From assembly GCF_009914755.1 (NCBI RefSeq), contig NC_060944.1: DNA of 64,000 nucleotides. The stretch is one strand, 5' to 3'. This document shows positions 1-15,741 of this stretch, one piece after another (position 1 is the stretch's first letter; each line of letters begins with the position of its first letter). A program made the position numbers and the translations under genes. The notes beneath the pieces were generated by a model. The model did no database searches. It was given only the letters and a program-made list of their open reading frames with translations, and had not been told where the DNA came from. The stretch comes from the human T2T-CHM13v2.0 reference genome, Homo sapiens.

Positions 1-990
1 TGTTTAACAGTTATTCACTTAGTTCACCTCTTTAATCTTGCATTTACCATAAATATCAAAAATAAACAGATGACATCTTCAACAGTTTGCCTGGAAATCT
101 CCTTCACTAGATCACTTGTCTCACTGGGCACATTTTGTACTTTTCGTGTTACTGTAAGCAATAGTGTTACTAAACTTTTTGCTACTACATTAGAAGGATC
201 CCTTTTCCTCCAGTTTCCAATAAGATCTTCCTCACTTAAAGAAAACAAAACAAAATGCTCACTGCAGTCTGCAAAGGACGTCATGCTTCTATAAATAGTT
301 TCTCTTTGAACTCTTCAAATGTTCACTATAATTCTCATCAAAATCTTTCAGCTTCTCCCCAGTACCTGGTTCCTAAGCAATTCTCATATTTTAGGTTTTT
401 GTTATGGTAGCACTCCACTTCCAAATACCAAAATACGTATTAGTTATCCATTGCTGTGTAACAAATTGTTCCAAAACTTAGCATTTTAAAACAACAAACC
501 ATTGTTATCTGACAGAGTTGCTGAGGGCCAGCAGTCTGGGAGCATATCTGGATGGTTCTGGATCAGGGTCTCTCAGGAGACTGTAGTGAAGCTATTAGCT
601 GGGGCTTAGTGATCTGGAGTCCTGACCAGAGCTGGAGGCTCTGCTGTCAAGATGGCCCAATCAAGTGGCTGTTGGCAGGAGGTCTTAGTTCCTCACCATG
701 TGGCTCTCTTCCCAGGGCTCCCTAAGTGTCTTCAGGGCATGGCAGCTGGCTTCCCCAAGAGGAGGTAATCAGAGAGAAAAAGAGAGAGAGTGGAGAGTAA
801 GAAGGAGGAAGAGGAAGGGAGGAGCTACAGTCCTTTTATGACTGAGTCTTCAAAATCCTACACCATCTCTTCTGGTTTGTCCTATAGCTAGAAGCAAGTC
901 ACTAAGTTTGGTCCATACTCAGAATAGAGGAATTAGGTTCTACCTTGAAGGGAGGTGTGTAAAAGCATTTGTAGACGTCTTAAAACTGCT
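1..990 (-). mobile_element. MaLR (MLT1-type) LTR (~437-990) with adjoining internal sequence (1-430)
   Basis: tattagttatccattgctgtgtaacaaat is the reverse-strand MLT1 terminus. Confidence 0.65.
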
Positions 991-1050
991 GTACTTGGCA
1001 TTCAAAGCCTTCTGGTATCTGGCCCTGACTAACCTTCCAGGGCTAGATTA

Positions 1051-1402
<352 letters not shown>

Positions 1403-1929
1403 TCAACAGTAAATAAAAATAATCAATACACAATAAATTAAGTATAAGCAGGTTCACAGAGTTCTATTTTTCTCATGATAATGATTTTCATAATATTTTT
1501 AAATTATTGAAGTATAATTTACATGCAATGCTACGCATCCATTTTAAGTGTACATCTTGATGAGTTTTCACAAATGCATACACCAATGTAACCACCACTA
1601 CAATCAAGATATAGAACTTTCCTGTCCCCAGAAACTTCCCTCCATGGCCCTTTGAAGTCAATCTCTCACCACTCCTTGCCTCAGGCAACCAATAAACTGC
1701 TTTCCATCAATGTAGATCAGATTTACATTTTCCTGAGTTGCACATAGAGGAATCACGCAGGAAGTACCTTTTTGCTTCTGGCTTATTTTATTCAGCATAA
1801 TGTTTCTGAGATTAATCCATGTATCAGTAGTTTGCTCCTTTCATTCCTGAGTAGTATTTCATTCTATAACTATATACATATTTATTTACCTTTTTGCATG
1901 CCGATGAACATTTATTTTTTTCCCAGTTT

Positions 1930-2274
1930 ATTTTTATTTTTTTAAGATGGAGTCTCACTCTGTCACCCAGGCTGTAATGCAGTGGTGCGACCTCAGCTCA
2001 CTGCAACCTCTGCCTCCCGGGTTCAAGCGATTCTCCTGCCTCAGCCTCCTACACTTGATCTGAGCCAAAAGGCCGAGAAGCGATATGCCTCAGCCTCCTG
2101 AGTTGCTGGGACTACAGGTGCCTGCCACCACGCCCAGCTAATTTTCATATTTTTAGTAGAGATGGGGTTTCACCATGTTGGCCAGGCTGGTCTCAAACTC
2201 CTGACCTCAGGTGATTCACCCACCTCGGCCTCCCAAAGTGTTGGGATTACAGGCATGAGCCACTGCACCCGGCC
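1930..2274 (-). mobile_element. Alu carrying the U2 insertion
   Basis: Alu consensus on minus strand; flanking direct repeat aacatttattttt.cccagttt. Confidence 0.95.
2049..2084 (-). pseudogene. 3'-truncated U2 snRNA retropseudogene (U2 nt 1-36) inside an Alu
   Basis: Reverse complement ATCGCTTCTCGGCCTTTTGGCTCAGATCAAGTGTAG matches the U2 5' end with one mismatch; 14-bp direct repeat TGCCTCAGCCTCCT at 2037-2050 and 2086-2099. Confidence 0.92.
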
Positions 2275-2746
2275 AAACATTTATTTTTTCCCCAGTTTTA
2301 GGCTATTATCAATAAAGCTGCTATGATATTTGAGGGCTGGCCTTTGTGTGGACATATGTTTTCATTTCTCTTAGGTAAGTATATAGAAGAGGAATTGCTG
2401 GGTTGAATGGTTGGTGCGTGTTTAACTTTATAAGAAATTGCCAAAATGTTTTCCAAAGTGATTGCACCATTATGAACTTCCACCAGCAATGTATGAGAGT
2501 TTCAGGTGCCCCACAGTCTTGCTAAGATGTGATATGGTCAGTCTTTTATTTGAGCCATTCTAGTGAGTGTGCAGTGGAATCTCATTGTGGCTTTGATTTG
2601 CATCTGCTGAATAACAATGTTGAGAATCTTTTCATGTGCTTATCTGTCACTCATATATCTTCTTTGGTGAAGTATCTGTTCAGATCTCTGCTAATTAAAA
2701 AAAAATCAGCTTGAGTATCTTGTTATTACTGAGTTGTAAGCATTCT

Positions 2747-3074
<328 letters not shown>

Positions 3075-3362
3075 TAAATTCTGGATATGATGTGAGATAA
3101 GAGTTAAGCCTCATTTTTTTTCCACGTGGTTTTTCAATTGTTCTAGCAGCATTTCAGGAAAATTATCCTTTCCTTGTTGAATTGCCTTGGCACTCTTGTC
3201 AAAAGTCAATTAATTGACTGTGTATGTGTGGTTTTACATCTGGACTGTCTATTAGGTTCCATTTAACCACAGGCAATACCACTTTATCTAGATTACTGTC
3301 GGTTTATAGTAAGTCCTCAAATTAGGTAGCATAAGACCTCCTAATGTGTTCTTCTTTGTTGA

Positions 3363-3692
<330 letters not shown>

Positions 3693-5378
3693 TGGTCTTT
3701 TGCATTTCTATATCAGTTTTACAATCAGTTTGTCAGTTTCTACCAAAAGTCTGCTAGGATTTTGATTGCAATTGCATTGAATCTATAGATCAATTTGGGG
3801 AGAATTGATATCTTAATGCTATGTGACCCTGGATCAGTCACGTGCCTCCTCTGAACTGCAGCTTCCTCCTGGTCCCTCCCTGACAGGTTTTAGTGAGCAG
3901 GCAAAGCTGAGCTGAGCACAGTTATGGGCACACAAGGGAACAGGCTCCCTGTGTGTTTCAGTGGTGAGGACAGGGGCTGCCATAATGCTTTTCACAGTGT
4001 GTGCCAGCCGCAGGTCGCAAGACCATGGGGGCTGCCCCAAGCAGGGAGTCCATGGCCCTGGACTGGGTCCTGTGTCCCCACTCACTTGTTGCAACACTCC
4101 AGCCATGTGGCCTCCTCTCCCTGGGCCTCAGTTTTCTCATCTGTAAATCGGAGGCAGTGAGTGTTGCCAGGCAGATTCCACGAGATGGCGGATGAGCAGG
4201 AGCTAAGAAAACCACCTGTTTTCTCCATTTCACCCTGGGCTGCCAAGTGCTGCAGGCACAAATCACATCACCATGCCGATTGGCGCCAGCACAGATTAAT
4301 TTTCTCCAACCTTGGCTGGGTCTTAAGTGCAGCTCAGCAACCCCTTGACTGGTCCCCAAACGCCTTTCCGTTCCCGTAGCAGTTGTTCCGCCGGGGCCCC
4401 CATTCCCCCCTTGTTCCCCTGGGCCCCACAGACAAGCCCAGCTCCTGCTCAATGGAGAAAACACAGGCATTTGTGGAGGCACTGGCCGCTGCCACTCCCC
4501 TCCCTCACGCCTCTGCAGCGATCTGCCTGCACCTTCCTGTGTCCAAGGCCAGCTGTCCCTTGCCTGTGTCCTCCCGGGCCTTACATCTGTCTTTTCCTTC
4601 CTCCAGTTTCTCCATCTCTGCTGGCTCTTTTCTCTCCACCCATAAATTCTCAAAAGCTCCCATCCTGCCTCTGCCTTCATCAAAGTCCCCCTCCTTCCTG
4701 GGCACCCTTCCCTGCATCTCCCCTTCTTGTCATAATCCTCACTACCCCCATGTTTTTTTCCAGGATGCCACGAGGCTCCCACAGGCTCACCTGCCTGCCT
4801 GTCTCTTGGGGGCTTTCAACATCAGCCACAGCCAAGTGGGACAACTGCTGGGGGCCCCAGGCATGATGTAACACCACCCCGCTGCTCGGGAGGATCTGGG
4901 ACCCCACAAAGTTCACCCAGGACACGGGGATAAAGTTACACACTGAGGACTTAATGAGCTCACCTTGGCAGCTCAGCCCAACACTGAGGGATTGCTTAAA
5001 TCTGAGCCTTCCACCAGGCCTGGATCTCATCGATGTGGGGCCTCCCAGCCCATTTCTTCCTTCTTAGTATACCCTGTCTTTTCCTCCACCCCTCTACCAA
5101 CAGTCCCCCTCCTTCTCAGGCCTGGCTGCCCCTTCTGGGCTGCTCCAGGCCCTGTGGGCCATCGAAACCTCCCTGGCCAATGTCATCAGGGTCTTCCATG
5201 AGGGCTCAGCCAGTGGTGTTAGCTGGGCAGCATCTGAGACCATCAACCACCTCTTCTTCCTCAAACGTGTGACCCCTGGGTTTCCCCAGCATCCACTTCT
5301 TTCCTGGCTTTCTTGCCCATTCTCTGGCCACTTTGTGCCCTCCTCACCCTTTGTAGCTCCTCTTCCCTGGCTCGCTAA

Positions 5379-5627
<249 letters not shown>

Positions 5628-6029
5628 TGACTGCCGTTCTGGCCTCCTTACACTCTCCCTCGTGCTCGATCCTTGGCTAACACTGCTGATGACATGTCAC
5701 CACCTCAAAGTCATCGGGCCCCAAACCAAACTCTATTTTTGATGTTTATGGTAAATGCAAGATGAAATAGGTGAACTAAGTGAATAACTGTTAAAAACAT
5801 GAAGAAGCCGGAACTTGATGGTTTTGAAAAGTCTTAGCCTCTTTGCTAAAATTAAGAGGTGCTTTTTGAGCAAAGATTCAAAGATTCAAACTCTATCTTT
5901 CCTCAGAACCAGCCCTCCTTCCTGAGTGTCCCATCTGCCATGCCTTCAGTGCTTTATTTATTCAGTGATTTCAGCAAGTATTTACTGGGCACCTACCAGG
6001 GGCCAGACTCTGTTCTAGATGCTATGATG

Positions 6030-6550
6030 CTGCGTTTGAGGTGGGACGTGTTGAGGCTCTGCTAGATCCTTTCAGACCCTGCTTAGCCAGTGTTTTATGC
6101 CCCTGAACCCTATCTTTGGTATGTTAGTTTCCCACGACTAGCCCTTGCAAGTTGTGTTTGTGACTAAAGTTCCGGGAGCTTCTTTTCCCACAGGTTTTGA
6201 GAGCTGGAATTACATGGGTGTTTATGTTTTGCGTCCCAACCCCACGATGCATCCCAAATCCTATAGGCATGCCTGCCTTGGTGCAAGACTCTGAAAGCCC
6301 AGCTTCCTTGCCTCCAGGAGGGACAGCTCGGGAGTGTGACTTACCCAGTGGAGCTCCCCTGTGGGGTGAGGCTGAGGCAGCCCCCTGCGGGACCTGGTCT
6401 AAGGTCACAGCCTGGCCGGACCTCCTCTCCCTTTCCTGTCCTGCTTCCCCATTCCCTGTCCAGTTTGTCTTGAGACCGCTTCCTGAATAAATCACTTGCT
6501 CCTAAATTCTTGTCCCAGGGTCTGCTTCTGGGGACTCCAGCCCAAGGCAG
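6030..6550 (+). mobile_element. ERVL LTR (LTR16-like)
   Basis: aataaatcacttgc...gggtctgcttctgggga...ccaaggca 3' terminus. Confidence 0.6.
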
Positions 6551-6799
6551 TGTTGAACACGACGGCCAACGAGTTACCAGCACTTCCCTAATGCCCTCTG
6601 AAACCTCATTCAGACTCTCGCACCCTGCACCCTCAGGGCCATCCTCTTGAGGTGGGCCTTGTCATCCCGTTGAATGCACCAAGCACCTCCCAGACCCCAG
6701 AAGACAGGCTCGTCCACTCTGGTCTAGCTTTCCCTCCAGCCCGCTCTCAACTACACATCTGATTATGCTGTTCCTCCACTTGAAACCCTCCCAGCCAAC

Positions 6800-8690
6800 T
6801 CAACCAAAATATGAGAAAAAGATTTGAACCCCTACATACCCACTTAGAATAGCTAAAATCAAAAAACCAAACCAAACCACAAAACCTAACAATATATGAA
6901 GTGCTGGCAAGGATGAAGGGTAACTGGAACTCTCATAGGTTGCTGGTGGAAGTGCCAAAATGGTAAGCCTTTAAAAATGGTTTGACAGTTTCTTATAAAG
7001 TTAAACATACGTTTTATCGTATGACACAGGAACCCCACTCTTGGGTATTTCCCCTAGAAATGACAACTCTTGTCCACTCAAACGCCTCCACATAGACATT
7101 TATCGTAATTTTATCCATAATTGCCCCATATCCATAATGCCCCATATGTGAAACAACCCAAATATCTTTCAACTTGCAAAGACATTAAAACAAACAAACA
7201 AATTGTGGTACAGCCATATAATAGAACGATTCTCAGAAATAAGGAGGAACAAACATTTAATCATACAACAACATGGGTGAATCTCAGACGCATTACGATA
7301 AGTGAAAGAAGCCAGACCCAAAAGGCTACATACCATATGGCTCCATTTATGACATTCTGGAAAAGGCAAAGTAGAGGGACAGGGGACAGATCAGTGGTTG
7401 CCAGGGGCTGGTGGGGCATGAGGGAGTTTTGGAGTTGATGGAAATGTTTTCTATCTTAATTGTGGTGGGAGGTATGCAATGACATGTATTTGTTAAAACT
7501 GTCCACTGAGAAGAGTGAATGTCATTCTATGCAAATGGTACCTCAATAAACCTGACTTAAAAAAAAAAAAAAAAAAAAAGCCCTTTCTGGCCAGGCACAG
7601 TGCCTCATGCCTGTAATCCCAGCACTTTGTGAAGCTGAGGTAGGAGGATTGCTTGAGGCCAGGAGTTTGAGACAAACCTGGGTAACATGGCGAAATCCTG
7701 TCTCTCCAAAAAAAAAAAAAAAAAGAAAAAAAAAGAAAGAGTACAAAAATTAGCTGGGCATGGTGGTGCACACTTGTAGTCGTGGCAACTTGGGAGGCTG
7801 AAGTGGGAGGGGTTCCTGAGCCACACACTACACACCACCACACTCCAACCTTGGCAACAGAGTGAGACCCTCTCTCTAAATAAATAAATAAGTAAATAAA
7901 TAAGCCCTTTCTGCTGAGTGCAAATTGGTACAACCACTGGGAAAACTGTTTGACAATATCTGTGAAAGCTGAACATATGCCTATCCCATGACCCAGCAAT
8001 CCCACTCCTAGGGATATACCTAAGAGAAAGGAGTACACAGGCCACTCAAAGATGCACACTGAATGCTCCCAGCAGCTTTATCTGTCATAGTGAAAAACTA
8101 GAAACAACCCAAATGTCATCAATGATAGGCCCTAGAAGGACACAGGAATTAGGTTACCCATGAGAGGTAGCTGGTTTAATAAGGTCCTGTTCAACCTAAT
8201 GCCTGTGACTGCCCAGTAATCCCTCTACTATACCCCATCTGCTCACTGCTGTATCCTTAATCGCCCAGTGTCCCCAGCCCTTCCTCTTGGAGTGCTAACA
8301 CATGCACAAATAGATCCCTTGGTGGTATATTCATAAGAAGGAATACTACATAGCAATGAGAAAGAATAAACTACATTTACATACAGCAACCTGTGTGAAT
8401 CTCATAGACAGGTTTCATGAAAGGAGACAGACATGAGGAGACACACTGATTCCATTCATCTGAAGTTTAAGAAGAAGCAAAACCACTCTTGGGTGATAGA
8501 AGTCAGAATAGTAATTACTTCTGTGGGGTTGGGTACTAACGGACAAGGGGTACAAGGGAAGCTTCTAGGGGATGGAATTATTTTATATTTGGGTGGTGAT
8601 TACATGGGTGTGTGTGTAATTAAAAATTCACTGGGCCACACACTTAAGATTTGTGCACTGTATTGTGTGGGTTCTAGGTGTGTTAATACA
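6800..8690 (+). mobile_element. Old L1M 3' fragments (two), with an Alu and a 180-bp local insertion
   Basis: aaacaacccaaatgtc, gacccagcaatcccactcctagg, gtggttgccaggggctg motifs. Confidence 0.8.
7589..7903 (+). mobile_element. Alu
   Basis: Dimer with TSD aagccctttctg. Confidence 0.92.
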
Positions 8691-8696
8691 AAATAA

Positions 8697-9118
<422 letters not shown>

Positions 9119-9605
9119 CTAAGCCCTAGAAGGACACAAGAATCAGGTTGCCCATGAGAGGCAGCGGTTTAATTAGGTCCTGTTCAACCTGACACATGTG
9201 ACTGTCCGACCATAATCCCTCTGCGATGACCCATCTGCTCCCTGCTGCATCCTTAATTGTTCAATGTCCTGGCCCCTTCCACTCACTAACCCTCACACAT
9301 CTCATGCTTGATCAAAACTAGTTCTCGCTGGACCCTGCCTTCCTGCCTCTCTCCTTCCTGCCTGCCTCTCTCCTTCCTTCCTGCCTCTCTCCTTCCTTCC
9401 TTTTTCTTTCTTGAGTGGTTTCCCAACCAGTTGTGCCCCTCCCCTCTCCTCACCAGCTGCTCCCATGAAGGTCCTCCAAAGCTTCCCATCGGCCAAGCCC
9501 AGGGGCTCCATGGCTTGCTCATCCCCCATCCAAACTCTCTGCTCACAGCCCATGGGTGACCCTGTCCACCTGCTGGAAACGCCCTCCTCCCTTGCTTCCC
9601 AGAGC

Positions 9606-9713
9606 ACCTTCTCCTGTTCCCCTGGGACCCCCTTGAGGACCTTCATCAGTCTCCTTGGTACCTTCTCCTGCTCCCCTAGGACCCCCTTGTGGGCCTTCAT
9701 CAACATCCTTAGC
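9606..9713. repeat. 54-bp tandem duplication within L2
   Basis: accttctcctg(t/c)tcccct(g/a)ggacccccttg.gg.ccttcatca x2. Confidence 0.85.
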
Positions 9714-10490
9714 GGGCTTGTCTTTCTGCATCCAGTGCCTATGTCTGGCGAGGTCCAGGACTCAGCCCCAGGCCTCTTCTCCTTGGCATTCCCTCAGGTT
9801 CCTGGACTGTGTCCTCCTTCCCAGCCTGGCGTTCTAGGTTAGACGTTGGTCTCTGAGCTGTAGCCCAGGCCACTAAAGCACCCTGGCTAGCAACCATGGA
9901 TGGCACTTCTCAGCCCCCACCCTACTTGGGGTGTAAGCAGATGGCAAGGCCCTCTATGCATCTCCGCCTCAGTCCCCAGAGCAGGTGGCTCCGGAAATCC
10001 CGTTGGCCCTCCTGCTCAGCTGGCTCATGTCTGGAACCTATCCTGACATTGTCATGTCTCCCATTGTGTTCTTGCTGGGCCTGCTCAGCCCCTTTGGTGC
10101 AGAGGACTCCACCTGCAGACTTACTCGGTTACTCTCCACATGGTGGCCGGAGGATCTTTAAGAAATGGAAGTCAGTTCTCAGACCCACAACGCCCCCCAC
10201 TGCAGTTGGAATAAACTCCAACAAGGCCCTGTGTGAAGTGCCTCTGTTTCCCACTCCACCCTCTTGCTCCCTTCCCCTTGCTCGCTGGTGCAGCCACACT
10301 AGCCTTGTTGCCCGTCCTGGAACACACCAGGACATGGACATTATGGGGACATGCAATTCAGCCCATTTACAGGGCCCTGCTTTACAGGATCTCTGTTAAT
10401 GGGCTGAACTGCACCCCCCACAATTCATGTGTTCAAGTCCTAACCTCCTATACTCCAGATTGTGACCTTATTTGGAAATAGGGTTGTGCA

Positions 10491-10816
<326 letters not shown>

Positions 10817-10828
10817 TCATTAAGATGA

Positions 10829-11251
10829 TGATATGGTTTGGATCTGTGTCCCCACCTAATCTTATGTTGAAGTGTAATCCCCGGTGTTGAGGGTGAGGCC
10901 TGATGGGAGGTGATTGGGTCACGGGGCATGGGGGACATGGGGCGGTTCCTCATGAACGGTTTAGCGCCATCCCCCTCGGTGCTGTTCTCATAAGTTCTCA
11001 TGAGATCTGGCTGTTTAAAAGTGGGTAGCGCCATCCTACTCCCTTTTGATCCTGCTCTGGCCATATAAGACAAGCCTGCTTCCCCTTCACACCTTCTGCC
11101 ATGATTGTAAGTTTCCTGAGGCCTCGCCAAAGCAGAAGCTGCTATGTTTCCTGCATAGCCTGTACAACTGTGAGCCAATTAAACCTCTTTTCTTTATAAA
11201 TTACTCAGTCTTAGGTATTTCTTTACAGCAGTGCAAGAACAACCTAATACA
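10829..11251 (+). mobile_element. MST (MSTA-like) solo LTR
   Basis: TGATATGGTTTGGATCTGTGTCCCC...CTAATACA with 5-bp TSD GATGA (10824-10828, 11252-11256). Confidence 0.9.
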
Positions 11252-12568
11252 GATGAGGTCACACTGGAGTAGGGTGAGCCCCTAATCCATTATGACTGGT
11301 GTCTTTATAAGAAGGAGAGATTTGGACACAGACGCACACAGGGAGAACGCCATGTGAAGGTGAAAATGGACGTGCTGGTCTACAAGACTGGGAAGGCCGA
11401 AGGTTGCCAGCCAACCTCCAGAAGCTAGGAGAAGGCCTGGGACAGATTCTCCCTCACAGCCCCCAGAAGGAATCAGCCCTACCGACACCTTGATCTTGGA
11501 CTTCTTGCCTCCAGGACAGAGACAATACCTTTCTGATGTTGAAGCCACCAGTTTGAAGCACTTATTCTCATAGCCTTAGCAAATTAAGACAGTACCTCTG
11601 ACAGGGATGCCTCCCTCCCCGAATCAGCACATGACTTACTCCTCGTGTCATTGAGATCTCGGACAGAAAGCTACCTTTTCCAAGAGGCCTTCCCTGAATA
11701 TCCCGTCTAAATGGCTTGGCCCCTTCCCTCACCCATTGCAAGCGCAGGCTCAGGTCATCCTCCAGCCTGTCGCCCTCATCCTGCATGTTCGCCCTCACAC
11801 GCATGACCACCTGAAGACAGAGTATGTAGTCATTTGCACACCTGGTTTTTTTTGTCTGTCTCCTCTGCTAGTTTAAGAGCTTTGTGTGGTCCAGGGCTTC
11901 TGGCATCTTCTGCTGTGTCTCCCGTGTCTGGCACAGGGGCTCTCAGGTGAGATCACCATTTGGATGCTTTTAGCCAATCAGCAAATATTTAGTGGGAATC
12001 TATGCTGGGGAACAAAACAGCCCCAGTCCCTGAGGCAGGGCAGGGAGGGAAGTCAGTGTTTTGTGGAAAGCAGGAGAATGTATGGAGTAGTTACTGGGGA
12101 ATGTGGAGGGAAGCGTCTAGAGAGACGGGGAAGGACAAAGGCCTGTTTGTACCCGGTGAGCTGGAGCTGCAGCTGAGCGAGGCATCTGCTGCACCAGGCG
12201 ACTTCTGATGCTCACATCCCTTGGGTGTCCCCCAGCCCAAGATGTCCTAAACCAAACCTGTCATGTTCCATGGAGGACTCTCAGTTCGCCTCCTGCAAGG
12301 GATACTACAAACACCCACCAGGTCTCCTGGGTGGGAACCTGGGCACAAGCGTCCCATTGTTCTCCCTCCTGTACCCCACATCTGATGGGCCAGCTCATCC
12401 CGTGCACCTTCAATCCCCCACTTCCAATGCTTCTCCTCCACCCTAATGCTAGCTCCTTGAAGCCCTCAAGGATTCATGACATCCAGGTGGCTGTGGTGGC
12501 CTCTGGGGAGGGAGGGGGACACTACATCCATAAATGTATTAATTTTTCAATTATAATATCGAAGTTCA

Positions 12569-12851
12569 GGCTGGGCATGGTGGCTCATGCCTGTAATCCC
12601 AGTGCTTTGGAGGCTGAGGCGGGAGGATCACTTGAGCTCAGAAGTTTGAAACGAGCCTGGGCAACATAGCAAGATCCTGTTTCTACAAAAATTTTTAAAA
12701 ATTAGCATTAGCCTGGCATGGTGGCACACCTTAGTCCCAGCTACTTGGGAGGCTGAGGAGGAAGGATCACTTGAGTCCAGGAGCTCGAGGCTACAGTGAG
12801 CTATGATCGCAGCAATGCACTCCAGCCTGGGCAACAGAGTGAGACCCTATC

Positions 12852-12883
<32 letters not shown>
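12569..12883 (+). mobile_element. Alu (J-like)
   Basis: Dimer with long A-tail. Confidence 0.93.
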
Positions 12884-12886
<3 letters not shown>

Positions 12887-14914
12887 AAGTTTATATAAAG
12901 AGTGTGAGTGTCTGACGGCAGTTTTCCCCTTCTCAGGGGTCAAAACCCTTCACAAGACTCATGAAGGCCACTCCCCAAAGCAGCAAGAGTTGAGGGTCCA
13001 GGTGCTGTGAAGGTGGCAGGGATGGTGCTGGTGGGAGTAGCCTGGCCAGCCCCTCTTGTTGCACGGTGATGCTGTTCTAAGGCCCACTTGAGAACTTTAC
13101 CTGGCTCCCCGAGGATGTACCTCTGAAGGCTCAGGCAGACCCCAGGGCCCATTCCCACCCCTTCAAACTGCCAGAGACTGTCTTGGGGGTGCCCACTGAC
13201 CCCTTGAGCCCCCTTGCTCTGGTTCCATGACTGTGATGTGTACTAGACAACAGGGCTCTGAGTGGCCTCCGGGGCATCCGCTATAGACAGGGAAGGTGGC
13301 CTAAGGATCCCGAGAGTCCACTGTGGTCAGGGCCCAAATTGCTGGAAGAAGGGAGTGGTGGCTCTGTGCGAGCTCTCCCCGAACCACCTGCCCACTATTT
13401 CTACGGCCACAGAGACTGAGGCACAGAGAGGGGTGGCCATCTGCCTGGAGTCATGGGGTGAGGCAGGGGTCACTCTGTCCCCTGAGGCCTTTACCCTGAA
13501 AGTGATCCTTGCCCTGAGCCCATCCCATAACCCCATGGGCTTCCTGTTAGTCCAGCACCTGCCTCCAGAGTTGGGGGCTTTTGAGGCAAGGGAGGGCAAA
13601 CTTGCCCTGAGAATCCTAGTCCTACTGCATGCAGCCTTTATTTCCTGATCCCACAGGAACTCCAGGAGTCAGGAGCCCTCCCTGTCAACAGCCTCTTCTC
13701 CCCTACCCCACACCTACCCTCCCCCAAACCCAGCCTCTGCTCACTATGTCTTCCTTGACACCCCAATTGGTTTTCATCATTTTTTTTTTAAAGATTGAAC
13801 TGCATTTCAGACATTTGCATTTCATGTCAGAAAATGTGAATTCAGCAGCCGCCAGGATGAATGCCAGTCGCCAGGTGCTGAGGGTGAAGGCGAGGGCCGG
13901 TGTCTCCAGCTGTGGGGCAGGACAAAGTCCCTGTGATGCCAGCTGCCACCAGGACCCAGGGACAGGCGAGAGGACCCCAGAAGAATGCCGAGCTCACGTT
14001 ACTTGGCAGAAAGAAAATGATTCAATTTTGTTCTATTCACCGAAACACATGTTCTTGTCCAAAGCTAATTTCCTGCTGCCCCCAGCTTGATTGTGTCTCT
14101 GTTTCGTCTCTCACTCTGAACACCGTCCTCTTCTTAAGAATCTTGGGATTCTGAACTGCTTTTCTATTTCCAGAATTCCACATTGCGATTTTCATTTTTC
14201 TGTCTCTGGAAGGATGTGCCAGTTGCCTTTACAAAGGGGGCCTGAGAGGCTGGAGGAGACGGGCAGGAGGGAGACTTTTCTCTGGGTGGCCTTTTGTGGA
14301 TTTTGAATTTTGAACCATATAAATGTACTTTCTGATTTAATGAAAAACATTTAAAAATTAAAAAATTGTTTCCACTTAAAAATAATACCTTTCGGGACCC
14401 TGCTCCCCTGTCTCTCCCCCTTGTCCCTCTCTCCCTTGTAGCTAGAGCCTTCACTGCCTCCCTTTTTACGGCTCCTCTGCCTTCACCCAAGGCTGCTCCG
14501 ACAAGGATCCCCCCAAAGCCTCCCCAGGGCCAAGTCACCTCCTCTGCCCTCTCTGGACACAGCCCATGGCCAGCCAGTTCACCTTTTGGAAACCCTCCTC
14601 CTTGGGTTCCTGTGTGTCTCCTCCTCATGTCTGTCCTCTGGCCCTCCCTTTTCAATCTCCCTGGGGGGCCCCCAAATGCTGGCATGGTCTGGGCCTCTGC
14701 CTGGACTCTCTCCCACAGTATCACCCACCCCTGATGCTTCGACACCCTCCTGGACCCAGTGACCTCCAGTGTACACTCCACACCAAATCAGGTCCTTCCC
14801 TGCTTGGATCCACTCTTACCCCTCCATCCCTGCCGAGCCCCAGATCCCGGATCCACCTGCCTCCTTGACACCCCATTTGTTTACTTCAGGGACCTCACAT
14901 CAACACATCTGGAT

Positions 14915-15100
14915 GGGCTGGCTTCAAGTCTGAACTCTGCCACCTCCTTGTTGTGGGCAAGTTTCTCAACCTCTGTGTGTCTCTGTTTCCTTGTGTGTAA
15001 ACGATGATAGATGAGGTAGTATCTACCTTATGGTATAGTTGTAAGTATGAATGAATTAACATTAAGTAACACTCCTAGAACAGTGTCTGGCAAATCGTAA
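14915..15100. mobile_element. MIR
   Basis: gggcaagtttctcaacctctgtgtgtctctgtttccttgtgtgtaaa core. Confidence 0.7.
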
Positions 15101-15741
15101 ATACTAAAATGCATTTGTTGGATAAAAATGTCCCAAATGGAACTCCTGATTTTCCTCTTGCAAACCTTATCCTCTTGCAGCTTCCCTTCCCGCTGCCATT
15201 CAACCCATTCTGAATGCCAGAAACCCAGGGGTCTTGCTTGACACTGCCCTCCTCTTCCTCCTCCTCCTCCTCTGCTTCTCTTCCCCCAGGGTGCACCCCA
15301 TCCCCAACTCTGGCCCATTTTATTTCCTAAATCTCTCTCCATCTCCACCCTTTCCCTGGCCCATGGTCCCCTGAAATTGCTCTTGTTAAGCTCATCAGTG
15401 TTCCACTAATTGCCAAATCAAAAGAAATTTTCAGCCTTCATCGGTTTGGATTTTCTGCTACATTTGGTCCTGCTGATCTTGCTCTCCTAGAAACGCTTCA
15501 CTAGCCCAGTTTCCATGACAACCTGCTCTCCAGCTCTGCTCACGTGGCCACGTGGCACTGACATTTCTTTCTCTCCGTTGCTTTTGTAGGTGCCCCAGGC
15601 TCTGCCAGCCCCTGAAATGATGGGTTGGAGGTCCTTAGATTCCAACAGGACTCTCCCTACCTCTCAGTCTCCCCAAGACATGGCCACCCCAACTCTGCAG
15701 CTCTGGTTGAGATGTCCTCCTGAAAGCCAGACTGCTGGACC

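Noticed and set aside
3958-4871. Long ORFs (274 aa minus; 179 and 162 aa plus)
   Set aside because: Low-complexity CT-rich, probably L2-derived sequence; no recognisable protein or splice structure
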